A DNA stretch of 64,000 nucleotides from Lama guanicoe (GCA_013239625.1 MU054001.1:5691078-5755077); one strand, 5' to 3'; numbered from the stretch's first letter, positions 26,401 to 41,098 are shown. Notes: generated from the sequence alone by a model not told the origin. Program-made: numbers and translations.

Positions 26401-27877
26401 GTATTTTGTAAAGGAAACATGGGTGAAGCCATCAGTTGAGAGTATTTATAGTTAGTGATTACTGTACTATTGCAGGTTAAAGACATGTTGAGAAACTGAG
26501 CAGAGAGGAGAGAAGAGAACTCTGTGATGTGTTGCCAGTGATGATACCTGATACTGTTCTTGAGATTCTAGAATACCTGCAGGAGTGGAATTACTTTTTT
26601 TTTCCTCAAGTAAACTTTTTTGTTGAAGTATAGGATAACTACATATAGAAAAGTGCTCAGATTTTACGTGTACAGCTTGATGGTATTTTAACACACTGTT
26701 GTGACCAGCTCCCACCTGTCCCATTACTTTTATTGAAATCTTTAGGAACTCTAGGCTGAATAATGTAGATCATACAGTCCATTTGGGGTCAGTTTATTCT
26801 CTAGGCTTGAGCCACAGTGACACAAATGAGATTGGCAAAGACCTTTTATAAGTCTTGAGATTACCCAGTCCTGTTGAACTTGTGGCTTTTGTTCTTGTTT
26901 GTTTTGAATAGCGGGGGATTGGGGGTGGGGGGGAGCACATGGAAGGAACTAGAAGGAGAAATGGAAGAAAAATCTTTGGAGAATTTGTATTTATGAAGCA
27001 GATATTGCCAGTGAGAATTATTTAAAAGTTATAAATGCCAGTCTTGTATTTTATAGGAAGTAGTAAACTGTACTTGTTCTAGTTATTTATTATTATTGTC
27101 ATGTTGACAAGCATAGCTAGTGATGGTTGATACAGTGAAACTAAGTTTACTATACACTAACTTTTTTACTTCTATTTTTGGTTTAACTAAATGAAGTAAT
27201 CTAATTGTTAAAAACTTGCTTTTTCTCCCTTTTTGTCTTTTTAGCTCTTTTGAATTTGGCTAAAGTTGAGGGTTTTTTGTTTTTGTTTTTGGTCAAAGTC
27301 CCTGATTTAGCTTTATTAGGGACAACTTTGAGTTAATGTCTACAAACTGTATTCTCTTGATTTTGCTTGGAGAGGTGATCAGATACATTTTGTCTTACAA
27401 TTAACTTTTAAAATGCTAAATTTAAGCTTTTTTTTTAATAAGTATAAAGTGTATGTATATGTATTTGAAATGTGTGGGTTTTTTTTTTAATGTGAATAGG
27501 CTGTTTTATAAATAATTTTTTCTCTGTAAGTATCCATCTATCTATTCAAGGCTTTTTAAGAAAAAAGAAATCTAAGAGAAAAAAGCTACAGGCAAAATCA
27601 ACTCTTAAGTTCTGTTTCAATTTCTGTATGAAGTTACCAGCAATTGATTAGCAGGAAAGTGTGGGGACACAAAATATGCACAAAAATTTAAAAATTTAAT
27701 CCTTTGTTGTTACCAAAGTAATATGTGTTCTATGGAACATTTGAGAAATATGTACAGAAATGCAACCCCCACTTTCCCATATTCATTCATAGTGTAGTAA
27801 TTGGAAAGTAACCATTGTAGACATTTTGGTGTAGTTTCTGGTCTGTGTGTGTTTCACATTTTTTTGAGACAGCTATA

Positions 27878-28051
27878 GTTTATTTTATTTATTTTATTTT
27901 ATTTTATTTTATTTTTTATTTTATTTTATTATTTTATTTATTTGAGAGGGGAGGTAATTAGGTTTATTTATTTGATGGAGGTACTGGGGATTGAACCCAG
28001 GACCTTGTGCATGCTTAACATGCACTCTACCACTGAGCTATAGTCTCCCCT
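27878..28051 (-). mobile_element. tRNA-derived SINE with (TTTTA)n tail
   Basis: Reverse head ~27978-28050, plus tail motif and an expanded pentamer repeat. Confidence 0.9.
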
Positions 28052-29799
28052 GCAGCCATATATATTTTAAAGTTAATTTCTTTGATCTGACTTACATCCT
28101 TACAGATATTTTCCCATTAAAGGATTACCACTTGTCAGTAACTATACATGTTTGAATTGTATAATTCCAGATGATGAAGTGTGTGTTTACAGTCTGTGTA
28201 TCCTGCAGTTCTTGACATTTTGTGTACCTGTAGGTCAGTGGTCCCATCTCTGTTCTCTGATTTCTGGTTGCAAACTTGACCTTCTTTCCTTCTCTAATTC
28301 CGCACCTCAAGTCTTTAAACCACATTCTGCAATTCGGATGCCCTTCTAGTTTTTTTCTGTTACGTTATATGGTATGTCCGTACATGGTGTATTATATAAA
28401 AATAGACAACTATATCAATGTCCATATTTACTTAACTCTTTTTTTCTCTTTCAACATAAATGGGATTGTAATGTATTCAGTAGCTTGTTTTTTTTTTTCT
28501 CTACCTGCTTAAACAATTTGATTCTTACATGTTAGTCTGTATGAGTCTATCTCATTTAAAAGAAAAAAAAGCATTTTGTTGTATGGGCTATAATTTAATC
28601 ATATTCTTAAGATAGGGCTGTTTTCAGTTTATTTGCTATTACAAACGAGATTGCTGTAGTTCTCTCTCTCTCCCACCCCACCACCACACACACAGACACA
28701 CACAACTTTGCCAACGTGTAAATCATAGGATAGACTCTGAAAAGAAAAACTGCTGTGTCAAAGAGTATATGCACTTTAAATTTTGAAACAAACTGCCAAA
28801 TCTTATTAGCAGCCTTCACAGTGGACATTTCCAGTGGTGTAGGAATCTGTTTCTGTACATCTTCGCGAATACTTGGAATCAAATCTTTAAAAACAAATTT
28901 ATATCTAAAATTTCTTAAGTGATGCATGCAGTTTGTGACATTTAAGTTTTTGAACTTCATTTTCCTTTCATCTAAAGAGTTCTACATACATAGTAATTCA
29001 AGTCTATTCCATTAGGCTTGTTTTTTAAAGAAAAACTCCCTGCCCCTACTGCTCTCCAGATGTCCTTTGCCAGAGGCAACTGGTTTTACTTCTTTGAAAT
29101 GATTATTTTTATATTTACCTTCTCTGTCTCTAAATAACATGCTTTTGTTTTTACTTCAATATGTCAGTTTTAGGCCTTATTCCTATTGTGGATTTAACTC
29201 CTCTTTCTGCCCCCATCCCCAGTCCCTTCCCATTCCCATACTGTCCTAATTTAGTAACATCATAATTCTATATTTGCATTATTGTGACTATAAAGGTTAT
29301 TCATAATTTGAGCCATAAAGTAAATTGTGGTTACTTTTTTCTCAACTATTTAATTTATATTTGTATCATTTTCCTTGTAGTTAATACTTCCCTGTTTTGC
29401 TTTATTTTCTCTGTGCAAATGCTGATGCTACCCCACATTCCTTACCACTTGTCTAAATGCTCAGGTTGTTTGGATGCCCGTGGTGTAAAGTTGTCATTAT
29501 CCTCAGTGCTCCCCTGCATCTTTCTGTTTACTGTAGCCCATGTTGTCTTCTTTCTTGGTTCATCCTTTTGTTATTTGAAGAGCTGTCCTCCAGGGGACAT
29601 ATCTAGGGGAAGTAAACAATGTTTTGAAACCTTGCATGATTATTTTACCCTCAACACTTTCAGGGTATTTTGGTTGGACACAGAATTTTAGAATGATAAT
29701 CATTTTTCTTGGAGGATTTTTAAAAACTACTGGTCTGTTGCACCTAGCTTTGGATATTACTGCTTAAAAAGTCCAAAGCTCTTTTGCTTTCTAACTTAT

Positions 29800-31030
29800 T
29801 GACTCTAACAAATATTTTTTGAGCCTGTACTATGTGTCAGGCACTGTTTTCAGTGTTTGGGAGACATCATTGAGCCAGACAGATTCCTACCTTCCAGGAG
29901 ATAGAGAGGGACTAAAACAGCAAACATAAGTAAGTTAGTTGTGTAGCCTGATAGAAGGTAATACATTTTATGGACAACAATAGAGTAGAAATGGAGGAAG
30001 AGAGGTGGAATGGGTAAGGATTAGGAAGAGGGGTCAGTGGGCAGAGCACTGGTCACTGTTTTAAATAGAGGGAACAAGGTAGGTCTCAATGAGAAGGTAA
30101 CATACAAGCAAAGGTTAGAAGGAGGTGAAAGTCATGTGGATATCCAGGAGAAAAAGTATTTTAAGGCAGAGGCCCCAAGCAACAACCTAGCCTTATGGAA
30201 CAAGGAGGCTAGTGCAGTGAGTGAGGGAGAAAGAAGTGGGAGATGAAGTCAGGATAATGGGGACACATCATCATTTTGCGTAGGGCCTTTTAGGCTGTTG
30301 TAGGATTTTATCTATTACCCGGATATGGGAAGTTTTAGTGGATTTTTCTGATTGCTATGCTCAGAATGTATTGGAGGGTGGGGATGGGAGACAAGGATGG
30401 AAGCAGGGAGACTCGATAGGATATTGCAATAATTCAGTTGAGAGATAATGGTGGCTTAGACTATATAGTGGTAGTAGAGGTGGTGAGGAGTAGTTGGATT
30501 CTGGATATATTTTTCAAGGAGGTGCAGTAAGATTTCTTGGTGGTTTTAGATAAGTGGTGTGTAAAGAAAAATCAAGGATGACTTGAAGGCTTTTGAACTG
30601 AGTCACTGGAAGGATGGAGTTGCCATCAAATGAGGGGAAGGCTACTGACTGAGTAGTCTGGGAGAAGAAAACGAGTTCAGTTTTGGGCCCCACCCCCGTC
30701 CCCTGCTCCTCATAGTGATGTCTTAGAGGGAGTTGGGTGTACAGATCTGGGGTTTAAGACAAATCCGGAGGGTTTTTGTTTGTTTTTTAATCTGGGCTGG
30801 AGATAAAAATTTAGAAATCTGTGGCAGTATCAATGGAATTTTAAAACCACAAGACTGAGTGAGATCACCAAAGTGAAGAAAAGTGGGCCATGGGCAATTC
30901 CCAGTTTTAAGAGTTTGGAGAAGAAGAGCAGGAGCTGAGGAGGAACTGGTAAAATAGGAAAACCAAGAGTGTGCAGTCAGTGAACAGAGTTGACCAGGCC
31001 AGTGACCCATCAACTCTGTCAGATGTTGGT
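29800..31030 (-). mobile_element. L2 remnant
   Basis: tgagcctgtactatgtgtcaggcactgtt...ggattctggatatatttt...ggaaggatggagttgccat. Confidence 0.7.
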
Positions 31031-33125
31031 GACAGTTCAAAACTTGGCAAATTTAAATACAAATGAAACTACAAAACCAGTAAAATTTAAATTATATTAA
31101 TTTATGAAAGTATTGAATACTGCCTTCTAAATTGAAGTCTTGAAACAACTGTTTTGCTGTAGGTTTTTTTTTTATTATTTGAGTTGAACATACCAAAATT
31201 ATCCCACATATATTGTGGCCACCGCATGATGCATATTTTTACCGGTGTATAAGTGCTTCAGTGAAAACCATGTCATTGGGCTTCATGTCACAAATGCATC
31301 ATTTATATTAGGTCCCCCTCTATTTTTCTCTTTAATCTACCGTAACTGAGTACTATGGTACCAACTTGAAGCCAGTGTGACCATAAGTGCAAATAGGAGC
31401 ATTCACTTATGGCTAATAGGTGGATTCAGATGATCCAGAATGTGCTAATGCTGTTTTTTTAGGTTATTTTAAACACAGGAAGTTAAAACATTAAATTTTT
31501 GTAGAGAAATATGTCCCCCTCCACTGAGAATAGAGTTTCAGATGTGAGCTTATGAAGACACAAATTGTAACTATTTCAAGGGAATATAATTTAATTTGAA
31601 TCAGGCTTCATGAATTTAATATGGCATTTCCCCCCATACATTCTATTATTTTTCTGCTATTTTAGTAGTAAAGAACCCTTAATTATATAATGTATTAAGA
31701 CTCTGATGTGACTTTTAACCTCATTTCTTTCTCTGTCTCTCAAGCAGCGTGCTCTTTTCTGTTTAGCTTAGTATCACCAACTCTTAATAGGTTGCTACCA
31801 ATTTTGATCTACTTTAAATGTTTGTTCTCTGTATATATGTGTGTATTTACCTACCATTACTTGTCCGGTGGAATGTGGAGATGAATGGATTGTACGTTAC
31901 AGTGTACAAGATGTTTTATGAGGAAGATTTAAAACGTAGCATAATGCCATGATAGAGCAAAGATCTACTGGAATGTGTGACACTTTTACTTCTAGAGAGA
32001 ATATAAAACAAAGCCTGGACAGTAAACAATTGTGTTGAAACTTGGACACAAATAACTAAGTGAGTAATATTTGAATGCTTTCATCTAGATACTGTGAGTC
32101 TTGGTTATATTGCATTAGTGATTGTGTTGTAATCACGACTGACATGATTTCACTAATTTCAAGTGTGTTACCAAAAATTCTGTTGAGAATAAAAAGGTTG
32201 AGAGCCTATTTGACCCTCTTTCTTATTTCTCTCCTCTTACCTCTCTTCTTGAGTCTTTGCTTTGATTTAATGTCTAAGGGTTTAATGACTGTCAGAATCT
32301 ATCATTTTTGATACAGAAAATTTCAAAAAGCAACTGCTTGCTATGACTATCAGTTTAATTTAAAAGATTTTTTGTTGGATGCTAAATTGAATATTCTGTG
32401 TCAGACTGAGATTATACATACTGTTATTTGAAAGAAAATAAGATTTAGGGACAAAGTGGACAGTCTGGCTCTGTTCTTATTACTTCTTAATTTTTCTGAC
32501 CTTCAATTTACTCATCTGCAAAATGGAGACATAGTCTTCTTTATGAGGCTTAAATAGTGTATATTGAAGCTGCTGACATGGTGCCTTACAGGTTGGTGGG
32601 TACTCAGTTGAATCGCTTCTTTAATAGCAAACTCTTGTTATCTTTATCATATTTCAGACACAGTCCCAAGTTGAGGTTATGAAAGTGAACACAGTAGGTT
32701 AAAACAACAGTAAAATCCCGAAAACCTAGGTCTTTTAATTTAGTGATTCACTGCAGGGTTCCTAGTATGGCTCTGTAAACACCACTAAGTGAGTATGTTG
32801 TTAATAATATACCGAATGTTCCCATGTATTTGATCTCAGTTAATGTCCAAAGGTCTTGATAGTTTTGTTGTTCCACGAGTGGGAAACTTGAGACTCAGGA
32901 TACTGTAGTTTTGCCCAATATCAGAATAATTAGTATAGGTATATTCTCAGTGGTGCTTTACTGAAAAATGAAATTACTGTCTAGGAATGCATGGGTTTAT
33001 GGAACTATGATAGCACAAACAAATGCTTTGAAAACTTAGAGAATTGGTTTGGAAATACATCCAATTTTTTAAGATTGCGTTTATGGTGATAAAATGATTT
33101 ACTTCACATACCATAGTGTTATTTT

Positions 33126-34521
33126 TTAAAATAGATTTTATTTTTTAGAGCAGTTTTATATTCACAGGAGAATTGAACAGAAGATGGAGATTTCCCATAT
33201 TCATCCTGCCCCATCATTATCACCCAAGTCAATGGTTTACACTACTGGTTCACTCTGAGAGCTATATAAGTATTGACAAATGTATAATGATGTATATCCA
33301 TCACTATAGTATACAGAATACAGTGGTTTCACTGACTTAAAAATCCTTTGTGCTCCACCTGTTCATCCTCTGCCCCCACCAAATCTCTGGCAAACTGATT
33401 TTTTATTTTTATTATTATTTTTTTTGCTGCCTCCATAGCTTTGCCTTTTCCAGAATGTTATATAGTTGTAATCATATAGTATGTAGCCTTTTCACATTGG
33501 CTTCTTTCACTTAGCGGTATGTATTTAAGACTCCTTAATATCTTGTTGTGGCTTGATAGCTCATTTCTTTTTACCTCTGAACTAAATTCCACTCTATCAA
33601 TGTACCACAGTTTATCTGTTTACTACTAGAAGACATGTTGGTTGCTACCATGTTTTGGCAATTATGAATAAAGTTGTAAATATCTGTATGCAAGTTTTTG
33701 TGTGGACATAAGGTTTCAGCTCCTTTGGGTGAATACCAAGGAGCATGATTGCTGAATCTTATGGTAAGAATATGTTTAGTTTGTATTTGTAATCAACTGC
33801 CATGCTGCCTTCCAAGAGGCTGTACCATTTTGCATTCCACCAGCAGTGCATGAGAATTCCTGTTGCTCCACATGGCCACCAGCATGTTGTTGTCAGTGCT
33901 CTGGGTTTTGCCATTCTAATAGGTGTGTGGTGGTATCTTATTTTTGTTTTAATTTGCATTTCCCTGATGACTAATGATGTGGAGCATCTTTTCATATGCT
34001 CCTTTGCCATCTGTAAATCTGATGAGATGAGATGTCTGTTAAGGTCTTTAGCCCATTTTTTAATTGGCATGTTCGTTTTCTTACTGAGTCTTAAGAGTTC
34101 TTTGTATATTTTGGATAACAGTCCTTAATCAGCTAATGTATTGTGCAAATATTTTCTCCCAATCTGTGGTTTGTCTTCTCATTCTCCTGACCATATCTTT
34201 TGCAGAGTAGACATTTTTACTTTTAATCAAGTCCAGCTTATCAATTGTTTCTTTCCTGATTCATGCCTTTGGTGTTTCTGAAAGGTCATTGCCAGACCTT
34301 AGGCCATCTAGATTTTCTCCTGTGTTACCTTCTAGGAGTTTCATAGTTTTATGTTTTACATTTAGGTCTGTGATCCATTTGAGTTAGTTTTTGTAAAGAG
34401 TGTAAGATTTGTGTCTAGATTCCTTTTTTTCTGCACGTGGATACCCAGCTGTTCCAGCACCATTTGTTGAAGACTCTCTGTTATTCATTGTATTGCCTTT
34501 TGCTCCTCTGTCAAAAATCAG
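33126..34521 (-). mobile_element. Old LINE-1 (L1MA/MB-like) fragment B
   Basis: Same ORF2 peptide; TSD catagtgttatttt at 33112-33125 and 34522-34535. Confidence 0.92.
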
Positions 34522-37500
34522 CATAGTGTTATTTTAAAATAGTGTTATTTAAAGTGAATTTTAAATCTCAGTTGTGAATTCACCCTCTTTAAGGTTATAT
34601 CATGCAACAGATATATTCTACCTGAGGGGTCATCGGGGCTGAGAGAATGCTGGTTGTATACATTGGAATTTCTTCTACTTGGAATCCTTCATACTGTTAT
34701 ATTTGATTTATTTATTCCTTCCAGAAATATTTGAGTACCTGGTCTGGACTGGGTACTGTCCTAGGTGCTGGATATAAAAGAGTGAGCAAAACAAAACAAG
34801 GTCTATTCTCATGAAGTGTTTTTATTGTGGTGCAGAGGTTCTGAACTAGAAGTATGAATGATTCAGGGAGGCTGGGAGTTCTCAAGACCTTTTGAGGGTT
34901 AAAAACTTTTTTCCACAACAATGAGACATGAAAGTAAAGTGGAGGTTCCCAGAGGCTACATGACATGTGATACCTTCACAGGTTAATTGCAGAAGCAGGT
35001 AATGAATATCCAGCTGTATTTTATTGTGTCAGATATTAAAAATATTTGCAAAAAAGTAACACTTTTCCTCCCTATTATGGAAAAGTTGTTTTTCATCAAT
35101 ATTTAATATGTAGTAGATTTTTACATGTTGTGTAAAAAAGTGTGATGGTAATTTTAACAATTGTTTTAAACATTCTTGGCTTGAATTTCTAATATTGTAA
35201 ATATTAATACATGTAAACCACATTGATAAAATGCTATTTTGGGGTCCTCAATAATTTTTTAAAACTTTAAAGTAGTAAAGGCAATTTTTTCTTAAATGGC
35301 CAGATAAGTATAAAGGGCTTAGAAGTCACAGGGTCAACTTCTCAGCTCCACCTTTGAAAACAGTTGTAGATAATATGTAAATGAATAGGCTTAACTGTGT
35401 TCCAATAAAACTGCTTACAAAAACAGGCAAGTGGCATGTAGCTGTAGTTTGCCAACCATTGGTGTAAAGAGTTCCTGATACCAGAAAAGTTTGAGAATTG
35501 CTCTTATCAGTAAAAAGCTGGTACTGTGGGGAGGGAGAAGGGGAGAAAATAGACAATAAGGAAGTTATTTAGCAAGAGAATTTCATATGGCAAGAGATAA
35601 TATGAAGACAGAGTGAGAAGGGTGATCTGGCCTTCAGATAGAGTGATCAGGAAAGGTCCCTCTGAGGAGCTGACTTTAGTTAACTCTTACTTGTTCAGAA
35701 CTTAACCAGGTTTCATCTCTCTTTTTTGATTTCTGCTGGCTACTTTGGGGATCCCTCTTGTGTTGGGAGGGAAAGCAAGACAATGTAAATTTTCATTTTT
35801 GTTTGTTTTGAATCTTATTAGACTTAAATTTCAAAAACATTAATTTTTTAAATTGAATTAGAAAATATCTAAAGCATATCTGCTTTAAAAAAGATCTAGG
35901 AAATTATATTGCCTATGTTTGAACATTGACCTAATTTATATGACACTTAGCAAATTACTTCACTATCATTTTTCTCTTCTGAAAATGAGAGAGTGAGTTA
36001 AGATCTTTTCCAAGTCTGAAGATTTTGATAGATACATCTCTGTTTGCTTTGCCTAGGATGCCATTTGCCACCCCTTCGAAGTCTTCCTTGATCAGATAGC
36101 TCCAACTTTTTTTTTTTTTCAACTAGTTCTGTGATCTGAAGCATTTATTTTGAAATCTGTTTTCTTATCTGTAAGGCGAAGGGTAAATGCTTAACCTGGA
36201 AGTTCATTGAGTTGGTCGAATTAGAGCATATGTAAACCATTGAAGACAATACCTGGGACATATATATGCCTGTTAATAAATATTTGAAGCAGCTGTTTTA
36301 GAACCATGGAAAGTCCCTACTCTGCCTCAGTATTTGGCTTGCTGATCCTGGGACCCACTTAGATTATATCAGTAAGAATAAAACTACCAACCAACAATGA
36401 AGCGCCAATGAGGCACGTGAAAATTAAACATGAAAACTTATGTAGAAGGGCTAAAGAAGGACAAGAGCAGCACAGTCCGAATTTATGTGGCCATTCCGAC
36501 TTCAGGAAAAGGAATGGGGAGTAGCGGTTCCTGCCATCAAAATCATTCCCTTGTTGGAGATTGAGTATCTGTGTAATTAAATGTTTTAGCGTATCAAGTG
36601 ATAGCATTATCAGTTTTAGCAAAGCCAAATTTATGGACTTGATGAGTTCTCTTGGAATGCAGTGCAAAACAAAGACTGGAATTATGAGGAAAAAAAGTAA
36701 AGTGACTGGAAGATAGATCCAGGAGAGTCAGTATCAGAATTGTGTGAAGAAAACTGAGTAGATCGAGTCAAAGAACAAGTAGAAGTCGACAAAAGTAGAA
36801 GGCTTGAGTCTTGGGATTGAAAATATTCACCTGGTGTTTGGCGACTGCTGATGGCATATATCTAAGATGTTCTGGTGAAAATTTCTTCCAAAGGTAAAGA
36901 AAAAGTCCTACAAGCCACCTGTCAGGGTAGAAAAGGTTACCTGCAAAGGAATGAGAATAAAAAATGACATTAGATTTTTCACCTGTATCATTACATGTCA
37001 GAAGACAGCAGAATTTACATAGTTCTTAGGGGTAAAGGGTGTGACTAGAATTCAAAGCTTGTGCAATTTATGCAAGAGCTTCAGATTGCTAAGACTGAGA
37101 CTTAAGCACTTGTATGCCCTTTCTGAACATTTTCTTGAGACTCTAGAGCCATACCAAAAATGTATCATAATTAGGGATTCAAAGGGAAGAAAAATGATAT
37201 TTGTCTTATGGTATAATAGTGAGAAATGAAACCAGAATGGTTGCATTTAGGTTTCAATGATTGTTTTGACAAAGTTTTGAAGTTTAGTACAGTCTTTATC
37301 CTGGCAGGTGGGAAAGGGAAAGTTTCACTAGTAGCATGTTAAAGGGCTTGCCTTGTTTTGGGAGATGTTAATACTTTCATTCTTGATGTTAATGTAGATT
37401 GAATGTGAAATAAAAATAAGGATAGTAGCTAGTAAAATAAAGTTAGACTATAGAATCGTTCTGTCCAATAGGACTTTCTGCAGTAATGAAGAGACAGCGA

Positions 37501-40369
37501 TACTATTTTGCATTCGCACCAGCAATGTATGAGTTTCATCTTTTAGACATCTCACAGGCATCTCACTCCTACTTTACATTTAATCCCTTATCATAGTTAA
37601 GTACCTAGCATAGTGCCTGATGAGTTCTGATTAAGTATATACTTTTTTTTTTTAAATCAGATGTAGAGGCATCAAAATACAGTAATTTAGGCAGGAAAAA
37701 GCAAATGTATTTTGCTTTTACACATTTGAGTTATGGTTTTCATTTTTCTTTCCATTTACTGTCATCTACCTTTGTTCAGACATCTGTTTTTCACAGTGGC
37801 CTTCTATCACGTCTCGTCCTGGGCTTTCCCCACGTCAGATCATCATTCTTACTAGACACATAATTCTTATTCTGTGGCTACAGCATTTTCTGAATTATCT
37901 TCAGGAAAATAGAGCTCAGTGTCAAATGTATAAAGCACCTTTTCTGAGAAAAGTTGAGGAAAAGAGGAAGGCCCTTAAATGTTTTGAATAGAAGAGTTTT
38001 ATTTAACCCATTGATTATTAATACAGAGAGCAAGTCTCTTATCTGAACCTGTACTTTTATAATATATATTATGTCATTTCTAGGAATAATTTTTGGAGAA
38101 ATAAAAGAGGGGTAGCTATATTTGAATCTTATCTTTTTACTAAATTAAGAATTCAAATTTTACTTCTTATTTTGACTAATTTTCACAGTTCTCAATCCAC
38201 TAATATTTATAAAGCAGTCTTCTTTATTGTCCCCTTTGAAGGAAATATAGCTAAAAATTACCAGTATCCTACCACTCAGATAACTAACTTGTTGATTATT
38301 TTCTGGTGTGTAGTCTCCCTGATTTCTCACAGTCTTACCCCAGAAATACTCATGTACGTTCTGTTTATAACTTGTTCTACAATACATTGTGACCCTTTTT
38401 CCTTGTCTGAGAACATTTCTTCTTTTTAAACGTTTTTCATAGGTAACTATTAGCTTCCTGTTGCTGCTGTAAGATAAACATTTCCAGAGGCAGGCGTTAG
38501 GATGTGGGCATCTTGATGGGGGCATAATTTGTAGGCCACAGTAACATTTGTAAAGTGCAAGAAAATGAAAAGCACAACATTGTTGTGTATCCATTAGAAT
38601 AGCCAGGTGTAAGGTTATGATTCATCAGAGAAATTCTTCATCAGCCATTTATAATAGGAAACAAAGTTTCCCACATGAAATTGAGAATAAAAGTTTAAAT
38701 CCATTTACTTCTACCATAAGATTGTTAATGTGGTTAAATGCTCTGAAATTAAGGCTTCTAAAATGTTTTGATTTAGATTAAAATCTGTTTAAGCTTTATA
38801 CCAAACTGGGCTTGAGATGTAGGCTTTAGAAAGGGTAGGTAATAGTGCACTCTTACTAAATTTTGGAGTCTTGCTAACTTTGGATTCTATGGAATTGTTT
38901 TAGTGTAATGTAGTTTTTGTGAAATTTTCCCTTGTTGCAGAGTCAGTTTAAATATTCTACCTAGTCAAGAAATTCTACTGTATTGTGCTAAAAATTAGTT
39001 AAGTGGCAGATGATCTTTGGTAGACATGTTTGATGACCTTATAAGCTAAAGGCATCTTTTAGAGTATATATAGCTGGAACCCGCAAGTCCTGTGGTCTCT
39101 AACTAGTTGATGATCTCAGGCAAGGCAGGTTAACTTTTGGAAGTATGTAAGTGAATATTTACATATTTGGAGTATGTACCACCTATGATATACGTAATCC
39201 ACCCATCTCCCTTAATCTACGCGGAAGCCATGCAAGGCTGGAAATACTGTCCCAGTTTTACAGCTAAGCAGGTGGTGAAGACTCGGTTTGAATCCTAGTG
39301 TAGATGACTCCAGAACACTTCCGCTTTTACTGTCCTGAATCACTTGTTGAGAGGTTTATCCATAGATTGATGGTATTCAGATGGTGTTGTAAGGTTCTGT
39401 ACAGGTCCTTTGGAAGTTTGAGAAAAAAATATTTATCTTTTTGACTGGAGGAATCTGTCATCCTTTTTACTTGTTTTAGACATTTGGACTCAATTCTGTT
39501 TAGAAAGTTTTCTGCCTAAAACATTTGAAGTGTCCTGCTCTAGAAACCTGAGACCTATCTAGAATGAATATGTATTAGAAAATAAAAACATAGGTAATAG
39601 GAGTTTATATTTGTCAGTGGACAGACTGTATTTTCAATTACATTTCTATTCCTAATGATGTTTTGTGTAGCCTAATACAAAATGAGGTTGAGGTGATTGA
39701 ACACCCTATAATAGGGTGGGGAAGTGATTAGAGTTAAAATTTTATGCTGAAAATGGGCAATCAGCAATTTACTGCACAGGGTTCACTCTCCACTGCCAAC
39801 TCTTGCTGCCTTTAAAGGCTGCCCTAAATAAGCATGATGTAATGACAGGTTAAACCTCCGAATCCATGAGCTGACGCAATGCAAATCTGAGGCCCAGGAC
39901 TTTATTAGGGCAAGGGTAATAATGCTTGTTTAAAAACAAAACAAGCTACTCTGTTTAATGAGGCTGTTTAAGATGGCTTTCCCAGAGTGGGCAGAGGATA
40001 TAATCTCAATTTGGAGGTTGAAGTAGGAGTGTAATATGGTTATGTTTGTTTACTACTCTCACTGTGAATTCTTGTCTAAGAGAGAAGAGGGGAGTTTAAA
40101 ATAAGGTGCTGATTGCGGTAAGAATGGAGAAGTGAGTTAGAATTGAGGAAATAAGGTAGTTGACGCCTGATGAATAGTTAGTGAAGTAGGGAGAATGCTT
40201 TATAAAAATCAGGAGGTCACAGGGTTAACCGTGAGAGTATAGAGCAGAGAGTGCTTATCTGACTACGTGTTTCCCATAAATTCTGTATAGCTCTTGTGTT
40301 GAAACCATCCGACATTGCCGATATCCGACTGTTTGGGCCTTACAAAAACAGGGCATTTTGACCTACGTG

Positions 40370-40930
40370 TAAGCTGGTGGAAATGCTGAGGCGTGCACAG
40401 CGTCGCTGGGGATCGTGGGGCTTTGCCGGGATGGGGGGAGAGGGGGGTAGTTGCACGCTGCGTGCCTTGGAGCCGCCCCAGGCCGATTGGGGCGGAGCTT
40501 CAGACCCCGCCCCCACGCAGCGGCCCTGCCCCTCGCTAGCCGCCGCAGCCGCCGCCCTGAGCACTTCGAGCCTGCGGACCGCTGGCAGTCCCGGTTGGAG
40601 CAGGCTCTCCCCACTGCGGCCCAGCCCCCAGACGGCTCTCCTCGCGGACCCGAACCTGCAGTAGTAGCTTCATAGCTGGCACGGAGACCGCACCACCTCG
40701 TCCGGTCGCCGTCGCGCACCCTCCAACCCTGTCCTTCACCAAGCTGGCCTGAGCCTAGCCAATGAATTTGGGGAAGACAAACTTCCAAGACAGACAGATG
40801 AAGGTTTAGGGCCCAGCAGAAGACAGCTCAGCGATGGCTCCCATTTTTGGAGACGCAGGCGAATTTGAGCTCACGGGGAGGTTTGGTCGACTCCTCTCGG
40901 GACGAGAAAGGGCTTAATTTCTGTGCCTCG
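40370..40930. promoter_or_regulatory. Intronic CpG island / alternative promoter of the long SIAH1 isoform
   Basis: CpG-rich patch in an AT-rich intron, just upstream of the 41099 coding exon. Inverted CCAAT plus GC box (gattggggcggagc, ~40485-40498) and CCAAT at ~40759. Confidence 0.8.
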
Positions 40931-41098
40931 GTAGCCCCTGCTTCTGAGGAGTGGATGGGTGTATGGAGCAGGGCAAGTGCCTTACCTTCTTGAAAACTTG
41001 ACCCCGGACATGTTTGGGGCAGAAGGTGTCCAGGAGGGCCCTCTGTTACAACTTTGTCTTTGCTTCTGGGGGAGAGGCTATGAGCTGCCTAGCTTCTC

